Source of the DNA: Utricularia gibba
Taxonomy: Eukaryota; Plantae; Magnoliophyta
Direction: 5' to 3'
Assembly (NCBI GenBank): GCA_002189035.1
Contig: NEEC01000004.1
Coordinates: 434,001 to 498,000 of the forward strand
Length of the DNA stretch: 64,000 nucleotides
Every line of letters begins with the position of its first letter. Positions within the stretch are counted from its first letter, which is position 1. The notes beneath the pieces are model-generated. The model did no database searches. It was not told the origin of the DNA and worked only from the letters and a program-made list of their open reading frames with translations. The translations under genes and the position numbers were made by a program. Positions 41,192 to 52,609 of the stretch are shown here, piece after piece.

Positions 41192-42366
41192 TTCTGGGTT
41201 GCAAGATGAGCAATGAGCGAAGAACAGGAAGCCCAGGCAATGGTTTTTGAGGGAGGGAGGAAACAAAGGATATTGTGGGAATCCGGCGTGGCAAATTCTA
41301 ATCCATCGTTCTGGTCCCTGCGGAGATAAGCTTATCCACACGCCTCCACCTCAGACTTCCTCCCCAGTCCATTAAAATAATAATCAGAAAAACCACTGAA
41401 ATACCATTTCTAAATCAATATTTTGTTTATTTTGTTCAATAAAAATCAACCAATTATTGTTCAATATATTCAGATAAAATTTTTAAAAATATTATTTAAA
41501 AAAATCCAAAATCTGAAATTTCAATGGCATATAGTATCTTAAATCTCGGTTAAATATAAAGAATTATAATATATTATATATTATTAAAATTACAATGTCG
41601 TGTAATTATTAAAAAAATACTTTTTAATTTAAGGAAGTCTATTGATTAAATGGTAAGTCATTTAAGCCCCGACCCCTCCTACATTTACTACCAATTTTTT
41701 CTGAGACAATCTATCTTTCTAATATTTATTCATTTTCTCATTTAATTGGGATCAATTTGGTTCTATTTTTTTCAAAAGAATTTCTATTTTATTAGAATTT
41801 AATTTTTGAAAAGTTAAGCAAAACCAAATGAGTTATTCAACTTTAATGGATCATTATTACTTTTTTATGTGATGGTAAATGTTTTTTATTAATGTATCCA
41901 CGCGTCGATTTCAAGATAGTTAGGAATAAATGTTTAAAAAGGGAGCATTGATTCTGCGTACCTTCTTACCAAAGATAGATGAAACATTAATTACTATTAT
42001 TTTATTATATCCAGACTTTCTTTGAAATAAATTTTATTATCAAACATGAACAATTTGTATTTTAAAAAATTAAAATTTAAAAATATTTTTTTTTCAGAAA
42101 CACTGTATGTATCAAAAATACTCTAAATAAAGTTATACAATAGAAATTTGACAAGGAGAATAATAAATGATTATATTACAACTGTATAGAATCTTTGGGA
42201 TCGGTGCATCAGACTGGCGAAGGAATTTTATTTTATTTTATATTTTTAAATAGTCTTGAAATAGAATTGTATGCTTTCCGCTGCTACATCATTTTCCAGC
42301 GACTCATTTTCTGTCACTCCATCGGAGTTGTAGACTGAGATCGGGTTTTAAGGGGGGTTCTGGAGA

Positions 42367-44949
42367 ATGTCATCGCCGCCTCCATCAGCATCCGCTCCGT
42401 TGCCCGCAGCCGATAACAATGCTCCTCCACCCGTAACATCCACGCCGCCTGCTCCGGCTGCGGTACCTCCACCTACTCCGGCATTGGTACCTCCACCGCT
42501 GGAGGCACCACCGCCAACGAACTTTACCTCTCCGCCTCCCCCAGTTGCATTCTCTCCGCCGGCGCCTTCACTGCCCTCTACCCCATCTCTGGCTCCGCCT
42601 CCAGCCACTTCCCTGTCTCCTCCAAACGCTACTCCTCCGTCTGGATCCCTAGTTCCGCCGCCTCCCACACATTCTTCGGGAGGTGGATCACCGCCTGCCC
42701 ATAGAACGCCTTCCGGTAGGGTCTCGCCTCCCCGCCAACGAGAACTGTTCCTCCTACGTCCCCATCGGGAACCAGTGGATCCCCAACCTCCCCCGGCGAT
42801 ACCTCAGCAATATCGCCAGGGTATGTGGTGGTTGTAGCCGTCGGAGGCGTCGCGATTCTGCTGATTTTGACTCTGTTTTTTCTTTGCTGCAAGACGAAGC
42901 GAAAACGGCCAGCATCAGAATACCATATCACCCCTCCACCTCCAGGACCCAAAGGTACCAATGAACACTAGATTCAAATTCAAATTCAAATTCCAGTCTT
43001 GAGCTGCCTCCAGGATTTCGTGCTCTCCCAGTGAATGCTAATTGTGAGTCGGATGAATATTATTCTACTCGGGCGATGTTATGGGCATTGACAATTCGAG
43101 TAGAATGGAAAAAGAACTGTTCTTTATTGATTACGCCGTCAGCACTGGAAAATTCATGAGCAAATTTTGGCTTTTATATCTTTCAGTTTCAAGGAATGGA
43201 TATAGGAAGATGTATTTTCTCATTCTGTCTCTCTTTTTTTTTTTTTCCTGTGTCCCCAGTTGATCCTTCCGGCGCTCCATTACAAAATAGGCAGCATAAT
43301 GCGCCACCTGATCAAATGGTGATGGCTCCTCCTCAGTCATCGCCGACCCCTGCGGCTGCATCAAGGCCGCCTCATCCCCAGTCTTCTCCTCCACCGCCTC
43401 CTCCCTTCTTAAGCAGCAGTGGAGGTTCTGCTTCAAATTACTCTGGTGTGGAAACGCTGCCACCCCCATCACCCGGAATGGCTTTAGGCTCTTCGAAAAG
43501 TGCCTTCACGTACGAAGAACTTGCACTGGCTACAGATGGCTTTTCGAGGGCAAAGCTCCTTGGGCAAGGTGGTTTTGGATATGTACACAAGGGAATGCTG
43601 CCAAATGGTAAAGAGGTTGCAGTTAAACAACTAAAAGCTGGAAGTGGACAAGGGGAACGCGAGTTCCAGGCCGAGGTTGAGATCATCAGCAGGGTGCATC
43701 ATAGACATCTTGTGTCATTGGTTGGATACTGCATCGCGGGACGCGAGAGAATGCTTGTATATGAATTTCTTCCCAACAACACCCTGGAATTCCATTTGCA
43801 TGGTAGATATTCAGTACACCAGTGCTCTCCTCTTTAATTCTAGGCTGAACATAAAAAAAGCTGGTTCTTTTGGAGAAACCAAAGTCACAAACACCTAACA
43901 TTCTAGTGTCTCCTAGGAAAGGGAAGACCTGTCATGGAATGGCCGACACGACTGAAGATTGCTCTAGGTTCTGCAAAAGGACTTGCGTATCTGCACGAGG
44001 ACTGTAAGTTCCCTGTGGGTACATCTTAGTAGCCATTGTCACTCAATTATGCCTTTGTTCTTTGGTGATCAGGCCATCCAAAGATTATTCACAGAGACAT
44101 CAAGGCATCCAACATCCTCCTAGACTTCAACTTCGACGCCAAGGTGAGCAGTATTCCAATGGATATTCACAGATGAGGGCCTTGGTGTCTCGTAGTCACT
44201 AATAACCTTCGCTTATTTGCTCAGGTCGCAGATTTCGGACTTGCAAAATTTTCTTCTGATTTGAACACTCACATATCTACCCGAGTGATGGGAACATTCG
44301 GGTGGGAAACTCATCTTCGATTTCTGAGATGAAGTTCTTGGATGAGGCTCCTAATGATTCTTTGTGATTCAGATATTTAGCTCCTGAGTATGCCGCATCT
44401 GGGAAACTCACAGATAAGTCGGATGTGTTCTCTTTCGGTGTGGTGCTTCTCGAGTTGATCACAGGTCGCCGGCCGGTCGGCTGGAGCCAATCTTACATGG
44501 ATGATAGTCTAGTGGATTGGGTATGTCTTCCGTGTGCAACTCCATTGCTGATAATCTAGTTCACTTCACACTTTCCAAGTTCAGAACTGCATCTGTACTG
44601 CAGGCTAGGCCGTTGCTCACACGAGCGCTTGAAGAAGGGAACTTCGATGCTCTCACGGATCAAAGGCTAGGAAAGAACTATAACCACACAGAGATGGCTC
44701 GTATGGTGGCATGTGCCGCTGCCTGCGTTCGGCACTCCGCAAGGAGGCGCCCCCGGTTGAGTCAGGTAGGAAGATTAGCCTCCGAGCTCACCAACGGCGA
44801 GGACAGGCCCTTGATATTGTCTTGTTACACAGGTTGTGAGAGCCCTAGAAGGACACGTTTCCCTAGCGGCGCTGAACGAAGGAATCCGTCCCGGACAAAG
44901 CAAATTGTACAGCTCGTATGGAAGCGCAGACTACGATGCTTCCCAGTGA
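42367..44949 (+). CDS. PERK: Proline-rich extensin-like receptor kinase; apparent frameshift at 42730-42733 and an early TGA at 44947-44949
   Basis: Pro-rich ectodomain; [25 protein letters not shown] in the restored frame; [60 protein letters not shown]. Confidence 0.92.
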
Positions 44950-45152
44950 AATGAAGATTTGCAGAAGCTCACGAAGGTGGCGTTGGGAAACCATGACTAC
45001 GGCAGCCGCGATCAGCACTGTGACCCGACGAGCGAATACGGGCTGAACCCGTCCGGATCGAGCAGCGAGGGGAAGCAAACGGAGAAGACGGCCATTACAT
45101 TTCGAATTAGTTCGATTTTTTGTGTACTAAAAATGGAAATTTGTAGATTACT

Positions 45153-45204
45153 TAATTTTGTGAACCCCTAAACTAGATTAATTTTGTGAACCCCTAAACT
45201 AGAT
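45153..45204. repeat. Exact 26-bp tandem duplication (TAATTTTGTGAACCCCTAAACTAGAT x2)
   Basis: Two identical adjacent copies read directly. Confidence 0.9.
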
Positions 45205-45284
45205 TTGTTCAAATCGGGGAAACCTTTCCTAAAACGACGCCGTCTGGGAGGAATTCGGTCTTTCTTTTTCTACTGCAGAATTTG

Positions 45285-45292
45285 GCATATTC
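45285..45292 (+). promoter_or_regulatory. P1BS (PHR1-binding site, GNATATNC) upstream of SPX
   Basis: GCATATTC ending 86 nt before the SPX ATG. SPX1/2-type genes are established PHR1 targets. Confidence 0.6.
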
Positions 45293-45377
45293 TCTCCCCA
45301 TCTGGGAGTTTGACGCCGGAGCCACTCTGATTCAGAGGAAATTGGTTCTTGCCTTGAATGTCTATCAATTCTGAGTG

Positions 45378-47127
45378 ATGAAGTTTGGCAAGAGTTTGGG
45401 CATTCAGGTTGAGGAGACGTTGCCTGAATGGAGGGACAAGTTTTTGTCGTACAAGGATCTCAAGAAGCGGTTGAAGCTTCTAGAACCGAATTCGCACCAT
45501 ACCGATGCGCAGACGCTGGAGGAAAGCGTTAGAAAGAGTGACGTGATGACGAAGGAAGAATCGGAATTCGTACGTCTTTTGGAGGATGAGCTCGAGAAAT
45601 TTAATGCATTTTTTGTCGAGAAGGAGGAGGAATACATCATTAGATTGAAGGTAATTCTTGTGAAGACTGTAGCTGGATATCCTGCTTTATCATTTCTGAT
45701 TGTTGCATTTTCAGCGTGATTCATATGATGGCACATCTGATCTCGTTTCTTTGGATTCTCGGTGTGTTGTCAGTTTATCCAGCGGTTCCGGTTGAATCAT
45801 ACTAAAAATTCTTGCTTGAGCAAGCCTCGAAATGTCTTGTACAGTCTCCATCATTAGATATGTTCTTTATGCACTTTGTTTGTTCCAAGATATGACTAGC
45901 CCTGACATGAGTGCTTGTCCGCTTGTCAAATCCCATTTAGTGACGGTGTGGCTAAATGTTGTTGTAAGTGGACCAAGGAACGCAGGGATTGATGATTGGC
46001 TGCCTTAGTTTCCGTTATTAACGAGTGAATTTAAGAGCCAAAAGTAGTTGGATAGTCATTAATAATGGGGTATGCTACAGTAATGTGCTGGTAATGAGCA
46101 TCCCGTTTATTTCTTTTATCTATCGCAGTGTGCTTTGCTGCAACTTGGACAGTCATTACTATGTGGATATGTTTTTGGCTAGCACCATGTCTGTTGCGGA
46201 TCTTTTAGAGATATATTTATTTCTTTTTTGTCTCAATCAGGAACTTCAGGATAGGGTGCAGAGTGCCAAGGATAAGAGAGATGAGATGACAACAATTCGG
46301 AGGGAAATAGTAGACTTCCATGGGGAGATGGTTCTGTTGGAGAATTACAGTGCTCTCAACTATACAGGTAACCACTCATGATCTTTTCTTTTATGAAATC
46401 ATCTGTCTGCCTGCTTTGAGCGGCCTGGAGAAAATATTTTCCATGCATGCTTTAGGAAATCGGCTTGTTCAGCCAGCTACTAAAATTGTTATCGCTGTGA
46501 AACCAAACAGGGCTTGTTAAGATACTGAAGAAGCATGACAAAATTACGGGTACTCTCCTCCGTCTCCCATTCATTCAAAAGGTTCTCCAAGAACCCTTCT
46601 TCAAAACAGACGTCCTCTGCAAGCTTGTGAACGAGTGTGAGACAATGCTTGAACGTACATTCCCTCCAAAGCCTACAGCCAATGGAAACGGAAAAGGACC
46701 CTCGATCAGTAACACCTCAGAAGATGGCATCCCAAGAGCACCACAGGATCTCGCGGATCTAGAGAACATGAAGAGCTTGTATATGAAGAGCAGTCTGTCT
46801 GCCCTACGGGTTTTGAAGGAGATTCGTGGCGGAAGTTCTACTGTTAGTCCGATGTCACTTCCACCATTGCAGGTAGATGATTCTCTGAATGTGATTTCTG
46901 TTTCTAAGTAGGAAAAATAGTTGCAGAGTCGCTTTTCTATTTCTGCGTTGCTTTCAACTTGAAGCCAATAATCATTGCCTCCATGAGTGTACCTCTGCAT
47001 GTTGAACAACATGAACGAAGATGTACCACGTATAACCTGTACATCAGAAGGCTTTGCTGTATCAGTCTCCTTTGCGTTGTCATTATTAATGCAGGCATCT
47101 GAAGAACACTTGAGCATGAAGCTATGA
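45378..47127 (+). CDS. SPX: SPX domain protein (SPX1/2-like)
   Basis: MKFGKSL...[58 protein letters not shown]. Last exon 47095-47127 ([10 protein letters not shown]) inferred; without it the stop is at 46911. Confidence 0.9.
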
Positions 47128-47189
47128 GCATCTGAACCACGTCTATTGACCTTAATTTTCCATATACATCCAAGTAGCAGTTGCATGAT

Positions 47190-48684
47190 TCAGGACAATA
47201 TCAACCGGAGAATCTCCCCTGAAAACTTAAATGACTTCTCGGTCTCTTGTAGGCAGTGATCCTTCTCCTCCCTGGTCCACCCCTGTATCAACAATACAAT
47301 CTGTTTTTTTAGCACCAGAAGGTGCACGTAAACACCATAGGAATCGAAGGTTTTCAAGGAATAGAAATGGAGATCATACTTCGGCCAACCGATTCAGCTT
47401 ATTACGAACTTCTTGTAGGAGTTGGGGGAGATCACCTTTCCATTTGTAGAACTCGAGTTCCTTGCCACTCAGGAGCTTCTCGGCCACCTGGTTCATGGAA
47501 AAGGAAACACACAAAGAAGTGAGTTTTCAACAGAGTGAGCAACACCCCCATAAAAGAGGCTCACTAACTGCAACTAAATGCTTCAATGAAGAGTGAGTCG
47601 ACAATGAGTCTCTAAATACATTCTAGAGAGACAGCAGGTTGTCTGACCTAACCTAGCAAACTGTATGCTGAAAATATTGGGAAATACAGTTACCTTTTTC
47701 CCAATCATCCGGCCACCAGCAGAGTGAGCAAAGTATGTGTTGTAAAAATGGCATATAAATGCTGGAGGGTCATTTTCTGATAACTCTTCAAGGTATTGAG
47801 CATAGCTAATGGAGGCTGAAGATGGTTCTGGAATGATATCACCTTGCTGGCTAAACCATCCCAAGTCTTTCACAAGGCCTTCTGATCTCTCAAGCCCGTG
47901 CTTCGAAACTCAGTATCTTTAACATACAGTTTAACAAGGTTAGTAGAATATTACCCAGAAGAAATTCCACAAAAAAAAAACATCAACAAAAAGACCTCAA
48001 TCTAATGATGTGCAGTCAAATAGACATCACATCCTGTGTCTAATGTGCCTGAACTTGGAGAAGTGACTATGAAACCAAAAAAAAACACAAAACATAGATG
48101 AACTGCAAAAAATGATAGTCTCCCAAATTTCATATGTAATAGCCTCTAACTGCAGGACTCACAGTACATCCAATGAAAACAGAAACACTTAAAAGATAAA
48201 TCGCACAGACAACTTAACAGAACAAGTACGAAAAAAAAGTAGGAAGGCATCACATCCAAAGAGCATCATCCACAACAAAATTGGCATATATACTCACATT
48301 CAGGGGACATGTCTACAATCCTCTCAAGAACATCATACACCAATTTACTATCCACTAAAAACTTCAAGTACCCTTCAATACTTGGCTCCCACTTAGCAAA
48401 TGGCTGCCCCACAGTTTCCCTTTTCCCTTCCTTAGCTTGATCTTTAGTATGCAAATTCATGGCCACAAACCTCATTTCTTCCACAAAACCCTTAGCCTCG
48501 CCAGGATACCTCTTCTTAGGCTTATCAGCCGCAGTCGTGGCAGAAACCACAGCCATCCTTGGTTTCCTTTGGGAGAAAGTCGACTTGGGTGATGGAAAGG
48601 GGAGAACTTTAGGCACTTTCAAAGGCAAAGACTGATGCTTTGCCAAAAGGGGAAGGGACTAGAGGTGGCAGCTAAAGAATCCAT
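47190..48684 (-). CDS. HO1: Plastid heme oxygenase 1 (HY1-like); two apparent 1-nt frameshifts (48645-48652 and ~47891)
   Basis: [85 protein letters not shown]. Confidence 0.93.
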
Positions 48685-49094
48685 TTCTTAAACTATAAAA
48701 ACTTGACCTTGAAACACTAGTTTTGCTCAACGGAAAGGAAACCGACGAAATCGAAACTCGTGTTGAATACAAGCAAGAAAAGTGCAAAGAGAAGAAGAGA
48801 AGGGTGTCAACTCCGATGAAAGTTGGAGGGCTGACACAAGAGTTCGCGTGCACGATCCCCTATTTCAGTTTGTCGTCGTCTCCAACTCAAGCGACGCCTA
48901 TGGAACTCCAAAAGCGAAAATAGGATTGGCTTTTTGAGCCAACTGAAAATCAGCAGCTACTCCTATCCATACAAATTACAATTCACCATCGGGATACAGT
49001 TGCAAGCCGAATGCCCTAACCTTTTTGTTCTTAGCCTTTCGGACTGTACCGCCACTGCGTTGCTCCCTGTGGGTTCCGCTTTCTCAGCATCCCC

Positions 49095-49345
49095 TGGATT
49101 TTCGTTCAAGCGCTATTTCTTCGTACTCGGGTTGAATTCGATGTGTGCAGTCGCATTGAATTTGGCCATGTTTTTCCTGGTTAGGATGATTAACTAACGC
49201 ATTGACGATGAATGTTGTCGGAGGGCAGGTTGCTGGCTGCATTCTCATGGGTCATGCATTGGCCTTTCTGGGCGCTCATGCAAAGCTTCGAACTTTTAAG
49301 GTCATTGAAGCTCAGAAGAAGGTGGACCAAGCAAACAAACCCGAA
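49095..49345 (+). pseudogene. Relic of a sugar-phosphate/nucleotide-sugar translocator (TPT family), C-terminal part only
   Basis: LNSMCAVALNLAMFFLV...ALTMNVVG...GHALAFLG...HAKLRTFKVIEAQKKVDQ resembles the recalled plant consensus [28 protein letters not shown]...GYGIAFLG...HAKLQALKAKEAQKK. A TAAC duplication at 49191-49198 breaks the frame. Confidence 0.75.
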
Positions 49346-49696
49346 GTAGATGTTTATGAAAAAACGTATCACAGACGAGATTCCAATGTTCAAAATTCAT
49401 GCCGTAATTCTACCATTCCTCTTAGAAAGTACATTTTTATGAAACAACCGAACCTAAATCAGCTCTTCACCCCCGATTGTGTCATCCATCTAGGTAGGCA
49501 AATGTGGAAAATTGTCAGAAAGAATCCGAAATGGATTAGACTGAGGCTAAATTCAGGGTCACATCGGTTCAGCATGAAATGCATGGGAGTAGGAACAAGA
49601 TGAAGAGGTAAAGCATCCTTAACACTGCAGCGAACTCCAAAAATAACAAAACTGACTTTCAACTCAGAAAGGACATAATTCAGAAGAGGGAGAGTC

Positions 49697-50815
49697 TTAG
49701 CTCTGGTCATCATCATTTCCAGATCTCTCCTCTGCAGCAGCGGCCATTAATTCATCGAACTTCTCAGTCTTACCAAGCACAATCTCAATCTGGAAATTGA
49801 TGAGGCAGCAGTAAGGAGATACACACTGAGACTCAGTTGGTATAAAACGAAAATGAATACCTAATGAGTCAGTCAGTAGATATGCAAATGAAAGCTCCCG
49901 CGACATCAAGTAGGACAAAAACAGAAAGAAAATAATACGAGTTCGTATGATGGAGAATGACCAAAAACTTACTTTGGCTTTGGAAATGGGTCTCCCTCTC
50001 GGCCCATCTCTGATTTCAACAGTTGAGGTCATAATCTCTGCAATATCATTAATAAGCTATATCTCAGAATTTAGCTACTTAAGGTTTTCACCGCTCATAT
50101 GATAAGAATGAGAACGAAAGGGGAGCGCATTACTCTTCTCAATGGCAAATCCGTTATTCTTCAAGATCTCAGCAATAGTCACGACAGTTGAAATAGCTAT
50201 ATCGAAAACATAATAAAAAAAGAATCATTGATCAGTAATGGCATCAGAATGGTATAATCATTGAAATAGTTATATAAAAAATAATAGTTAAGCAGCAAAC
50301 AAACTTTCACCATTTTCAACTTATACGTAATCAGAAAAAAATCAGGCTTTCCCACAAGACGTAAGCAAAACGTGAGCCTCGTACACTTCCATCGGAAACT
50401 AAGCTAAAAATCGCAATACCCTAGGACACTCCCAAAGAAACTCAAAATGCACATGTCAACGTTTTCGTATCTTCAAAACATGCTCCAAATTTATGTAAAA
50501 AGGATATCAGGGACTAGAAACAACAGGACAACAACAAAATAAGCGTACCCATTCCAAGGGCGGAAAGCTCAACCTCATTATGCAGCTGCATATACCTCTG
50601 CATTTTCAACGTACCCAGAGAAAATCCTAAATGTTATTTATACACAGACTGTGCGTAAATGGGAAAACGCCACAACGCAGAATGCAAAAAAACGATACCT
50701 TGGAGAGATTAACGTAGAAGAAGAGAGGCTTCTTCGTATTGGAAACCTGGATTCTGTTCCTCTGTGAATCCCCGGAGATGTTGACATTCGCCACTCCATC
50801 AGTGATCTCCTCCAT
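49697..50815 (-). CDS. Alba DNA/RNA-binding protein (Rpp20-like), 5 exons
   Basis: NRIQVSNTKKPLFFYVNLSKRYMQLHNEVELSALGMAISTVVTIAEILKNNG...IEIVLGKTEKFDELM. Confidence 0.93.
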
Positions 50816-51532
50816 CTATCCAATCAATTAACCTCAAACACCCGAAAGGAAAATCCACGAATTGATGTCCGCAGTGTACTTGGCACCCGAGAGAGAGAGA
50901 GAATGGCCGCTGATTCCGCAGGGCAAGAAAATGAATCCCTAGGTTAAAATGCTCCATTTTCAGTCTATTTTCTCGAGGAAATAGAAAATAATATTAATTA
51001 AAAAAATGTTTTTATTGCACACATTCCAAACATCGTGGCCCCAGGCCAATCTCCTGCTAACAGGAATCCAACTCAAGTCTGAGGAGAATCTGGCAATGCA
51101 AAGGAGACGATGGCCGCATCATCATCACGAACCGATTCCTCTTGTCTTCCGGCTGGTTCTCCACCACATCCCACCGGAACCAGATAACCCCATTTCTTTC
51201 CAACGCAGAGGAGACCGAGAAAAGCGTCGTCTTTAGCCACGTCGCAGGTAAGCTCTTCCCCTCATACTACCCTTACCGGAAAATGGCTACAGAATCAAAC
51301 CAAGAATACTGAAATATCTGCAATAATTCGAAAGGGGAGCGCTTTCGGAATCTTTCTTCAATCGACATCGTCATTCAAACACGTGTTTTGGGATTGCAAG
51401 TCTCGGACAGCCGATTCAGTTGCACCTCCAAGGTTACTGTAGTTAAGGTGCATTAGCTGTAATGAGGGACCTATGCAATGGTGTATATAAATGAAGCCCC
51501 GAGTTCTGATTTCTGAAACATAAGACAACGAA

Positions 51533-51999
51533 ATGGGCAGCTGCTACAGAGAAGGAGACTGGGCCTGCGCAGCATGCCAGCACCTCAATTTCAAGAAACG
51601 GGGCACCTGTCATCAGTGTAGCTGCCCCAGGTACGCTACTCCAGAGGAGATAACCTCCTACGCCGCCATGCATTCCTCCAGGGTGGGAGTCCTGGCCGGT
51701 GACTGGTTCTGCGGGGTGATCAACTGCTGCGCGCACAACTACGCCAGCCGATCATCCTGCTACCGATGCGGCGCCTCCAAGGAATATTCCGGTGAAGCAA
51801 TGCCGCTATCGCCGGACTCCATTCCCGGCTGGAAACCCGGCGACTGGATTTGCTCCAGGTCTGTCAATGTTCACAGTATCATACTTTTACTCGATCCAAT
51901 TTAACCTGTCTGGTGCTAAACTTTACCAGAGCCGGATGCAGCACCCATAACTACGCAAGCAGGACAGAGTGCCACAAATGCAAGTTTCCCAAAGTTTAA
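51533..51999 (+). CDS. RanBP2-type zinc finger protein with three fingers, 2 exons (51533-51858, 51930-51999)
   Basis: GDWACAAC..NF...CHQC; GDWFCGVINC..HNY....CYRC; GDWICSRAGC..HNY....CHKC. TATA-like TATATAAAT about 40 nt upstream. Confidence 0.9.
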
Positions 52000-52609
52000 G
52001 TAAGTCCAACGGACCAACACTGCTACATGAAATATAAAAAATGAAAGTGTAATTTATTAATTTATAAAAAAAGGTGAATATGTTAGGAAATTATATTATT
52101 TAAGAAATGATGGTTTATTATATATTTGATATGAAGTTATATAAAAAATTTTTAAAATGCTCATGGTAACTATAATACTCTTTAAATAAATATCATGAAT
52201 CCAGAACAAGTTTTTTTTGTAGTACAGGGAGTAATAATAATGTATTTTAAATGTAAATTATAAAAAATAATAATGTATTTCATGTTTCATGATCATGAGC
52301 ACTTTTCTGAATTCAGGAGGAAGAAGAGGATGGGCTTGTTCGCTGTGTGCTTGCTGCAACTTGGGGTTTTCTTGGAACGGCAGAACAATAAACATTCGAA
52401 TGAATAAAGATGTCTGGTTGCTTATCTTTTTTTATCTGGTTTTCACCGATCATGTACCAGTTAAGGGTGTTGCTGTATTTCCTCCATTTGGAAACGATAA
52501 ATTTACCAGATCGGTGTGCTCTGTGAAACACGCACTACTCCTTCTTAGGTGGCTTGCTTACGGGGTTGTGGGATAATGTGCAAAAGAAGCAGGAAGATGG
52601 GTTGAAGTG

